From contig JBHGNT010000004.1 of NCBI GenBank assembly GCA_043228905.1, positions 124,001 to 188,000 on the forward strand: DNA of 64,000 nucleotides, written 5' to 3'. Below the pieces are notes generated by a model, which was not told the DNA's origin, ran no database searches, and worked only from the letters and a program-made list of their open reading frames with translations. Within the stretch, counting starts at the first letter, position 1, and each line of letters opens with the position of its first letter. A program made the translations under genes and the position numbers. This document shows positions 39,380-49,859 of this stretch, in pieces. The DNA comes from Azolla caroliniana. Lineage: Eukaryota > Plantae > Polypodiophyta.

Positions 39380-39703
39380 TGTACTGTAGCTTGAAGAAGT
39401 TTAAGGTTGATATGCCTGGCATTGAGGTTCCCCACTAGCTTAAAAATAAGTCCTACTAAAAGAAGACGAGACCATGAACAACATCTAGAAGTGTTGTCAT
39501 AAATAATATATTAGTGTCAATGTCATCACAATATCTCCCTAAGTGTATTGTAGCTTGAAGAAGTTTAAGGTTGATATGCTTGCCATTGAGGTTTCCCACT
39601 AGTAAAATAAGTCCTACTAAAAAAAGAGATCATGAACAACATCTAGAAGTGTTGTCGTAAATAATATATTAGTGTCAATGTCATCACATTAGCTCCCTAA
39701 ATG
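39380..39703. repeat. 164-bp tandem duplication just upstream of the STIG1-like gene
   Basis: tgta(c/t)tgtagcttgaagaagtttaaggttgatatgc... starts at 39380 and 39544, high identity. Confidence 0.9.
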
Positions 39704-41875
39704 TTAGAGGAATCGAACACATAATGTTGATACAAGTAGTGCGATCTTAGTCGCCCCCACATTTTTGCCAATATCCTTGTTCATCATCAACCTATAGGGA
39801 ACATTCATTATTATATTCCTCATCCTAAAATTAAAATACGTATATCTAGGTCTTGGATTAAACAAACTAGATACCAAGAAGTCATGTATTCGTAGAGGGG
39901 TTTTTAACATCTAAATTAATGCATATGCCTTTTTTATGCTTGGTTTTTGTGTGATCCAGTCAATCCTCAAACTAGAAGGGCAATTCGAATTTTCTTTTCG
40001 GAGTGTGTTAATTAAATTTCCAAAGCTCTTATTGAAGAATCCCGAGTCCTTATCAAAGGTTGGGCTCAAAGCATCTGGGATACTTCTTTTGTTCCATATA
40101 TTAATAATATGTTTATACTAAAAAACTTATACTGGAATTTCAAAATGTTTGGAAGCTTCAAAAGAAAAAATGGCACATATTGTTTAAGAAATTTCATGAG
40201 GTCTTGGAATTATTTTTATATTGAAGCAATATCATAACTATGATACCTTTTTTACTTACACTTTCCAAAAATAAAATATATAGTACTTGGGACTCAGGAG
40301 GGCCTTGCCGGCTTGATCAACTTTAGTCCTAGGTTCTAAGTCTCATGTTTATTGATGCGACTACATTCTCCCCTCTAAATCCCCTCACACCCAATCCTTG
40401 AAGAATAGTTACCTCATTGTTGCAAGTAGTAGCACCCGATTATGCAATATCCCCCCACAATCCCATCTACTTGATTAAACACTCTAGGACATAGTTTGAC
40501 GGATTCACTTTTCATGTAAATCGAAACAATACGTACACACGGTAGTGCATTTCGTGGTTCTATCAGGAAATATAATTAAACCTTGCCATCACACAATTCA
40601 CACACACACACACACACTGAGGGAGGGAGGGTGTGGGTGGGTGGGTGTTATTTGACGCCAAGATAGTAGGTGTTTGTATAATTCACTGGGTTGACCCGAA
40701 AGTAAAGATGCCAAATATTGTTTTCTTATTTTTGGGATATTCGGGATTGCATCATGATTGAGATATGAACACAACACAATGCTTTTGTATTGTATGGTAG
40801 GCATGGAGGTTAGACCATATCTATGAAAATTGAAGGGAGTATTGACTCGGGTCAACTTGAATTTAGAGATGCAGATCATTTTCCTAATTCTACAATATTG
40901 CGTCATAATTAGGGTATGTGCAACGATTTGGTATGGTAGGCATGGAGTTAAATCATTATTATGAAAGTTGAAGTGAGTATTGATGTGGCATTTTGTTTAT
41001 TGGAGCAAGTCAAAATTCTTTCCTTAGAGGAGTGTTTGTCTTGACTATTGGCGATTCAACATGTCCCATTACTCGTGTAACAACGATGTGATACCATTGT
41101 AGTGTTTTTAGCATACATTATCATATATAATTGTGTGTTTCCACCAAAAGAATGTGTGTGTGGTTTTCTTGTAGTATCACCATTTTTGTTAACCACTGAT
41201 ATTTTGATTGATTTTTGTTAATTTTGAATGAATACTTTCTATGCTATAGTTTATGAGCTTGTCCTCTATTATTGTTGTTTGGTCTTAGCTTTGTTGGAAT
41301 GAATATATATTCAGTATTTTACCATCAATTGCAAATATAAATAGTTGGATTCCTTCGTACTTCCCTTCAAATGTGATGAAGAGTTTCTGTTCTTTTTTTG
41401 GAATTCTAGTATGATTTTCAACGAGTTTTTCTTTGCTTCCATACCTTGTTTTTTTGTTATCTCATGGCACTCCTTTTAGATCTAAAGTTTCACTCAACTT
41501 CTCCCTAACCCATAACTCGTTCATTCATCTCTAATCCCTACCCATGAATCTCCTTCTTTCTCGATTTTGTCCTCTTTGTATATTTGTATTTATCTTCACA
41601 TACTTTTCTTTAGAGTTCGCAACTTGTAGCCCAAGGGACAATTCCTTCATTTATATCTTAGGCCATATTTCTCTTCCTTTTTAGTTCGCCATGACGTTCA
41701 ACATACATGCAAGATTCAATGTCATAAACACAACTTCCATCAACGTCCGATACCACCAAATATTACCTTATGTTATTCCTTGGAAGTTCAGATGAACATA
41801 TTTGAAAGAAGAGAGCTTTAGCTAGTCCCAACCTTTTGTATAACTCCACTCCTTATGAAAGGTCTTCATGGTTTT

Positions 41876-42298
41876 TATTAGAGATCATTCCTAATGTAAG
41901 CATAAGACAAGGAAATATAAGATAGATAGATAAGAAAAAAGAGAGAAAGACGGGTGTCAATCCACCCAACCACCCCCGAGACGAACTCGAGCCTTGATCA
42001 ACATTCCATACCACCGCCCTAGCATTTGAGTCGTACCTGGTACTAATGTGCTCGCTACAAGAGTTTGTTCACCACTTTATCACAATTGTGACATAGTTGA
42101 ATGATGTGACTAATGAAGCCTCATAGTTATAGGCAGACCTAAGGGCCCCATGCGAGTTCACACGTGGCCCTTATGGGTTGTTTCAATTCCTAGGATTAAA
42201 AGTAATCCTCCCTCCGTTACACTCTTGATTAACCCTCACACTTTATCCTCGTGTGTAGAATACTATGATACAACCCAAATTTGGTCATGCTTGTAACT
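41876..42298 (-). mobile_element. Solo LTR, family A, copy 3
   Basis: Colinear with 7933-8407. Flanks GTTTT / GTTTG are a 4-of-5 TSD match. Confidence 0.75.
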
Positions 42299-42740
42299 GT
42301 TTGACCCAAACCATAAGATAACCAATTTCCCACTTATCTCAGTGTTAAACCATTGAAATGAGCCTTTAGAACTCATTCTCGTGGGTTGCTCCATAAACAC
42401 ATATGGTCTTCATGTCACCACGAAGAATCATCGTCTCCACATACATCCGCTCAAAAGCTCCATGCTCTCCTTGGTGGCAATTGTAAACATAATCCGTAGA
42501 ATTGTTGTGTTGAATCCCGTGTTCCGATCTAATGCCTCGGGTTCACGGGAAGGCAATTCCAGATCCTCATCCTCATCTCATCATCCATCTCAAAAGAGGA
42601 GTGTAGAAGAAAGTACATATGTGTAATGGTGGCTTTTTGTTTTTTTTTCCTATCATGTGAACCAGAGCTTAGTCACTTCTCCAAGGAAGAAGCAGGGGAA
42701 GCAGGAGAAAGAGGAACCTGGCTATGGAAACAGATGCGCC

Positions 42741-45700
42741 ATGTTGCTCCCGAAACGCCATCGCATTCTCTGTCTCGCGTCTTTGTTTTTCTTCTCCATC
42801 TCTTTCACAGGTATTTATATCTTCTCATACACGCGCTCACAGAGGGACTTACAAAGATTTCCTTTTTTTTTTACACAATTTCCCTTTTGGGTTCGTCCCT
42901 TCTTCTGATGCATATTTTGCTTCTTGATCTGCTCAAAATAAAAACCAATCTTTTTTTTTTTTTACTCCGCATTGATAGTTAAGCATTTTGTCTTTTCTCT
43001 TCTGTTAAAATCTGACTTTTTTTATTTCAGGAATAGCTATACTGAGAAGGCCTACTGCTTTCATATTCAAATCACATGATGTAGATGGAGGTGTTCGTCA
43101 TGTCAAACACACGAACATAGTCTTCGGAGAAGCTGCTGGGCAAGGATTGCCAGGGCGACTTCAATGTGAAGGTAAAGAGGAAATCAAAATGGAAAAAAAC
43201 AAACTCCCAAAGAACCCAAGTTTTTCTTTATTCCCTCCATATGCCTGATCATGTTTGAAGATGTTAGATCATTGTTGGATAGATGTGTATAAATTTGCAG
43301 AGAGCCTCTATGCATGAATAGATATGTAATCGTGGATATATAATCAGCTGCCAGTTTATCTTAATACTTTCATGGAATGAGTAATTGATTAAAAACATGT
43401 TTTGTGCACTAGTAATGACTCCTGATCCTGGACTCTACAAATATTCTTCATTTGGGCTCAGTATCTACAGACAAAAAATAAACCTATATGTGTGTGCGCT
43501 TTGTTTATTGTGGTGATTCATTTGTTTTTTTTTCAAAGTTCTTTTATGAATGAGCTCAATAATATTCATCTACAGGTGTTAGCGCAACAGTTGAAAAAGG
43601 AAGGATAGTGCAAGGAAATAGGTCATGCTCACTGCAAACCAATGCTAGTGGAATTTCTTTTGTAACCTTTTTTGTACCCCCGAAGGCAGGAGTTCCAGAT
43701 AGCAAAACAACTAATACTGACACAATAGAATTCGGTAACACTACAATCAGAAAACCAGATAGGCCGTATACAATCCTTACCATTTTCATCGAATCCATAC
43801 AGGCACTTATCTCTTTATTATTGTATGGTTAATATCTCAAATGTGGCAAGAAAGCTCGATTGGACACCTGATAGCTTTCGATTTTTTGGTTCTCTTCGTG
43901 TATACCAGATGTCAAATCCAGACAGTATGGTAACTGTATTAACTGACAAGGTCTCTGTCATGTCAACATCAAAGCTACCTGCTGATGTTCATATACATAG
44001 GACTAGTGATATCTTTGATCGAAACAACCTTATGCTTCAAAGGCTGCAATCATATTGTGTGAGTGTTATTTGACCTGGAGTATAAGATCTTAAACATCAT
44101 TACTTGATGTGTTGATTTAGTTTGTTTCTATTGAGTTTCGTAATGACAATTGTGCTGCAGTGAAAGTGAAAGGATTGAGTTTCTAGTATTTTTTAGAAAT
44201 AAAATGTCAAAACCATTAAAAATTTCATATCTATTTCAGACAAAATGCATTGGTCGATTTAGTTCATTCCATGAACTCAATTATAAATTAGGCTAGACAT
44301 TTCTGTCGTGTTCCCTGAGGTTGTCCCAAGTATTTATAATTATGGTGCAAGGAGAATTACTAATAATGCCTTTAGAAAAAAATGAGGTGATTAGTGTTAA
44401 ATGGGCAGATGACAGATGTTTTTCTTCCTGAATTTCATGTGGAAAGATAAAAGATTAAATGAAATCAAAATCTTAGCTCCAATTTGCAGTTTATGCTATA
44501 TACCGACTATGTAGAGGTTGTGTTTAGGGTTTCAGCCTGCGTACTTGTTCTGATTTAAGTATGTTGAATTTAGGTTTGAATGCTGAATTTGTCAGTTGCT
44601 TTGGTTGTTAAAGTCATAGTGTATCATATATATATGTATATTAAGGTTTTGATTTTGACAGGTGTTTCTCGGTGAATTGCTGGTAAAAATGCAAGATATG
44701 TCGAGCAAGGATAATATCTTTCAACATATCATTTTTATGGATGCAGACATCATTGTAGTAGATGAACTTCGATGTGTTTTCGAAACATCCATGGATTTTG
44801 ATATGGCGTTGACTTTTCGAAATAACAGGGATCAACCTATCAATTCTGGGGTAATAATGATACGAGGACAAATTCAGAGTGTGTCAAGGTAGCATATTCT
44901 ACTTGTGAAATGCAGCATAACAAGAAATTACATGAGATTTTTCTCAAAATTTATCAATGGCTATAAGTGGAGGTTTAACTCATTGAGAGAATTTTCAGGG
45001 CAAGGACTTTCCTCATGGAAGTAGTAAAAATTTATGAAGAGAGATTTGCAAAAGCCACAAGGATGCTTGGTGATCAGTTATCACTAGCAGCGATTCTTCT
45101 TGAAAATTCAAAAAATATAAGCTCGCAATTCAAAACACGAACGCTGTTCAGAGCTCAGATCGCAGGTGTACGAATTCTATTCTTACCATCTCAAGACTAC
45201 AATTGGACTCCATCCGAAGGAGCAGGACAATTCCATGGGATGCCTGATAGTGTGAAAGTAAGAATCCGAACTCTTCGCATACGATCTTGACCTCGATTAC
45301 TATGCATACTTGCAATTAAAATAAAGAATGGTATCATAATAAAGGTTCCTGATTAAGCCCTGTATGTTGCACAAAGCATCTTGCCTACCTTGTCCAATTG
45401 GTCCTAATTGGTCTTTAACTAAACAAGTTAAGAGATCCTCTTATTGAAGTGCTGATTGCTGATTGGGATTAAAGAGCCCTTTAAAGGCTACAAAGAATCA
45501 AGTATTAAAAGAGTGAATAGCTATCCATTGGTAACTGATGAACTTGCTAACAAAAGGTTATGTTTCCAACCATAGCATTGACATTGAAAAAAAAGTGTGT
45601 GCATAAGCTACTTGAACTTGTGTATTTGGCAGTTTGGTTAATGTTCTTGAGCCATGCAAATACACAAGACATTATTGGTCTATGTTGTATATGGGTTGAG

Positions 45701-45982
45701 ATTCTAAGACATTATGGATCTCTTCTCATTGTTTCAAATTTGAACAAATGACAATAAATTTCATATAATGAAGGAATTTTGTGAATAACTTACCATATAT
45801 TCTTTATGAACATCAGTGTCCTTTATTTGAATGGCTGGATTCTTTTTCAGGTTTTGCACTTCAAGGGTTCCAGGAAAAGACTCATGATAGAGGCGTGGAA
45901 TTTATTCAAGCACAAGAAACGAACCGTGTCAGATATGAAGTGTCTTATTCTGTTAAGTGGAAGAGCAAAATACGATTTTTGA
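42741..45982 (+). CDS. Uncharacterised type II membrane nucleotide-diphospho-sugar transferase-like protein (DxD motif), 7 exons
   Basis: Exons ~42741-42810, 43031-43151, 43576-43802, 43909-44058, 44662-44888, 44999-45257, 45851-45982 join in frame. N-terminal TM, FMDADIIVVD, DQPINSGVI, LGDQL, YNWTP.EGAGQFHGMP, VLHFKGSRK, C-terminal SGRAKYDF*. Confidence 0.82.
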
Positions 45983-47336
45983 CCAATAGGGGGAGTTAAA
46001 TGCCGAAAGTGTTTTTTGTAACATATAAGCAAGCTATACATTTCTCTCTCTCAAAATTTTTTATGATGATTTGATTTGCCTCATATTGTAAAGGTATATA
46101 TAGGGAAGCAATGTGGGATTTTTCTGTCTCAAGCCCATTGTTATTGATTTTCCCATTAAAGAGGAGGCACCATGCTATGTATAAATAAGGTGAAAGATAC
46201 ATATTATATGTCTTCACTCAAACCCATTTTGGGTGCATAGGTGAAAAGGTAAGATGCAAAATATCCCTCAATATATATAGATCAACGCTAGTGATTTCCA
46301 AAGCATTTTCAGTGAATGACATACCTTCAAAATATTAAGCAATCTTGATGATTCAATGTGTTATTCTGTACAACTTTGTTATGGCTAAACTCTTGGTTAT
46401 GTCACTGTCAATAGCATGAAATTGGCCTTTGGGATACAGTTAGTGAGCAAGCAAAAGGTCGTTTGGGAATTTACACATACAAGATTTAGACTACCCCCAG
46501 GATATTGCTGGCAAAAAAGTGACAAAATTGGAGGCATGTCGTTGAGGAAATAAAGCATTGTGAAATTGGATTTATTCATATTGAATGTGTAACGATCTAA
46601 ATCTGATGCTAGTCATATATTCTAGGTTTATGATCATGATACACTTTGGATGTGGAATAATGTGTGTATGTGGAATTTATCAGACAATGTATCGTCTAGG
46701 AGCTCATGGATGTATATATGTATGAATGACTAGGTTAGGATTGTGTATACAGTAGGTAGGTGCATTATGTGTCAACAATGGGTTAGGTTCGAAGTAAGTG
46801 GCATCATGAGATTGCTAATCAATGGGTGCAATTGTATGGCTAGTTCATACCCCATTTGGGGTGCGATGAATTTGAGTAAGCCTACATCAACATGACATGT
46901 TTTATTCAAATGAGAAACATAAGGTATTCACATCTCCAATTGCATTGCAGCAATGTTTTTCCTAAAGGATATCATTCATTGCTTATGAATCTATCCGAAC
47001 ATTCGTGCGTACAAAAAATGCCCACGTTGTGGGTATTGTGAAGTTTCTAGAAAACAGAATCACGAAAGAACTGTCCTCATTGTTACCTGTTAAAACGCAA
47101 AAGAAACCAAAAAATATCCACATGCCAGGTAGGTATCCTTTGAATTCAGAAAATGAGAACGGAAAACCCCATGCGGGAATCCCGGATCCTGGATCCTGCG
47201 TAAATGTTTTAGGTGGGTTGTAACTTGTCACCATTTGGCAATGGCAATGAAAAGATGTGGATTTGGGGAAAAAGAGATCTTATTCAATACTTCAAAAATT
47301 ATTATTAACTCAATAAAACAACTACAAGGAGATGTT

Positions 47337-47415
47337 GCCAAGTGTTAAAATTGCATTGCAGAAGAATGTGGCTATAAAGCCATCGCCATCACCATCACCA
47401 TCACCGTCACCACCA
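47337..47415 (+). promoter_or_regulatory. Core promoter of oleosin 1
   Basis: GCCAAGTGTT (47337), TATAAA (47373), (CCATCA)n; same arrangement upstream of the other two array units. Confidence 0.55.
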
Positions 47416-47594
47416 TAGATAGCTTAACCTCGAACAGAGCATTTTAGATCTGCTTTGGTCTTTTGGAATTTCTTCTATCATATTTCCTTTTTGTCTGTTC
47501 TCTATCTAACCTCTTTTAAGCATTAAAATCATTTTTGTTTCGTCTTGGTCTGTCAAGAAATCTGCTTTTTTATCTTCTTCTTTTTTTAACTTTA

Positions 47595-48512
47595 ATGGCT
47601 GCCAAGGAAGCCCGGGAGCAAGCTGGACAAATGGCCAGTCAGGCCAAGGGCCGAGCCCAAGAGATGGGCGGGTATACTGGGAAGAAGGCAGACGGCATGT
47701 TCAAGAAGTTGAAGGAGATTAAGCCCAGGGGTCCTGCAGGCTGGGTTGCGCTCATTGCTGTAGCTGCCGCAGTGGTGGTAGGGGCCGCCATAGCCCTAAC
47801 CCTACTGGCCCCTGTCCTCCTCTTCTTCAGTCCCATCCTTGTCCCGGTGGGCATCGTGCTCTTCCTTTGCACGGCAGGGATAGTGACTGCAGGAAGCACG
47901 GGTGTGGCCATCTCCTGGCTCTACCGCTACTTCACGGGTAGGCGTCCTCAGGGCTCGGAGCGGCTGGACCACATGAAGGGCCAGGTCCATGAGACCTTGG
48001 AGCACATGAAGCACAGGGCCCAGGACATGGCCCCCCAAGGGTTAGGGGAGGAAGCTGGAGAGATGGGCGGCCAAGCACGCGATCAGGCGGGCCGGATGGG
48101 TCGGAAGGCCCGAGAGATGGGAGGCCAAGCCCCGGGCATGATGCAAAGATTGAAGAGGCATAGGCCAGGGCCGGCCGGGTGGCTTGCAATCATCGCCCTT
48201 GCCTGTGCCCTCGCCATCGGGTCGGCCGTAGTCCTTACCGTGCTCTCCCCCGTCCTCGTCTTCCTCAGCCCCATCCTCGTCCCCGCGGGCATCGTGTTCT
48301 TCCTGTGCACGGCTGGGGTCGTCACCACGGGCGGCTCAGGTGTGGCTGCGCTCTCGGCCATCGTCTGGCTCTACCGCTACCTCAAGGGTAAACACCCGCG
48401 TGGTTCGGACAGGCTCGACCGGGTCTTGGGCCGTGTCCATGGTACAACCGAGCACATTAAGCATAGGGCCCAGGATGTGGTCGGACAAATCCCGATGCCA
48501 GCGATTGCATAG
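47595..48512 (+). CDS. Double (tandem head-to-tail) oleosin, 305 aa, intronless CDS
   Basis: Two long uncharged stretches, each with a PX5SPX3P proline knot (PVLLFFSPILVP; PVLVFLSPILVP), each followed by WLYRY..G..P.GS..LD. First ATG at 47595; no stop between the domains. Confidence 0.93.
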   Translation: MAAKEAREQAGQMASQAKGRAQEMGGYTGKKADGMFKKLKEIKPRGPAGWVALIAVAAAVVVGAAIALTLLAPVLLFFSPILVPVGIVLFLCTAGIVTAGSTGVAISWLYRYFTGRRPQGSERLDHMKGQVHETLEHMKHRAQDMAPQGLGEEAGEMGGQARDQAGRMGRKAREMGGQAPGMMQRLKRHRPGPAGWLAIIALACALAIGSAVVLTVLSPVLVFLSPILVPAGIVFFLCTAGVVTTGGSGVAALSAIVWLYRYLKGKHPRGSDRLDRVLGRVHGTTEHIKHRAQDVVGQIPMPAIA

Positions 48513-48959
48513 AACTCAAATTGTTTATATATATAAGGTGGTGATCCACCTCGGCGGTGCGAGGTGGGCACCCACCAGAGATTTGGAGCAAATTGTCAAA
48601 TTATAGAAACATAGGATTTTCAATTGTTAAGTCAAGCCAATTTGTGTTTTTGATGAATGGTGTTTTGTTAAAGTAGCTCCTGAAAAATGGATTGATTCTG
48701 ATACAAAACAATCTCCTGTCAATTTTAGCTGCTTATTGTAAACAGAAATTATTAAATTTTATGCATATTTCCTCATTCCACAAAAATATTGTTTTTTTGT
48801 CTTTCCATTTCTTTAGGGTAATGAATGGTTCATACATAAGAGTAAATATTATTTGGATCCTTTCAATTGTGTAGTTCTAAGTTGCTGTTTGAACTAGTAA
48901 CATATCATGAAGGGACATGCTTCTAAGGGTCCCTTCTAAATATGGAACATACCAAGTCC

Positions 48960-49520
48960 TTGTATCCACCAACTTAGGAGACAACCTAGGGTATAAACTT
49001 TAAAATAACAGGTAATATAGGAAATATATGGATCGGAAAGTAACGAAGTAACACAGAGTGAAGGGATATGAACACATTGAGTGAAGGGATATGCTTGTAT
49101 CGCCACACCAACCTAGAGGAAATACATGAAGAAAGATGCTCCACACCAACCTAGAGGAAATACATTGAGAAGAGGGAGATGCTTCTAATCCAAGGGAAAG
49201 TAACAAAGTAACACATCGTGTGAAGGGATATACTTGTGTATCGCCTCGCCAACCTAGTGGACGAGACAACCTAAGTCAAAGTATGTAAAAATGGATGCAT
49301 TTAGGATGTTCTTGCATGATGGAAATTTAATAAAATGTTGCCTCTTAGTCTCATTCCTTCCACTTAGTGGAAATTTAATAAAATGTTGCAATAAATTATG
49401 GATGCATTTAGGATGGTTTTGCATGATGCCACTTACCCTTGCAAGTATTTTTGTGCCAAATGAGAGTGGCCTCTCAAGTCTCATTCCTTCCACTTAGTGG
49501 AAATTTAATAAAATGTTGCT
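48960..49520. repeat. Mosaic of short diverged direct repeats between oleosin genes
   Basis: caacctag...; aagtaacaca...gtgaagggata; atggatgcatttaggatg x2; ggaaatttaataaaatgttgc x3; agtctcattccttccacttagt x2. Confidence 0.75.
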
Positions 49521-49859
49521 ATATTGGATGAAATTGAATTAAGGTGATGACTTTGATGCTCATGAAATTGTTTTGAATACACAAATGTGTTATTGCTTTG
49601 TGTTGCCCTTAAAACCTTCACAAAATATGTACTTTAGGAATGAATGGCCTTTTTTGACTACACTAAAAGAACTAGATTGGAAGCCAACTCCGAAAGGAAA
49701 AGGAGCTCACAAGGCAATGCAAGAGAAATCACAAAACTTATTCTGAGACAACTAAATGGGCCAATCCAATTACCAACTCAGTGTAAGAGAACGTAAGCAA
49801 CACTAAAAGCATTTTCTTGTGTTCTCAATTTGCGAATGAAGGCATGCATAATATGTCTT

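Noticed and set aside
47535-47594. 20-aa hydrophobic N-terminal extension (signal-peptide-like) of the double oleosin
   Set aside because: Starts at a non-ATG codon in T-rich UTR/intron-like DNA; the paralog starts at the equivalent MAA.
47639-48606. Antisense and alternate-frame ORFs over the oleosins (also 52079-52726)
   Set aside because: Expected by-products of high-GC3 hydrophobic codons; no independent motifs.
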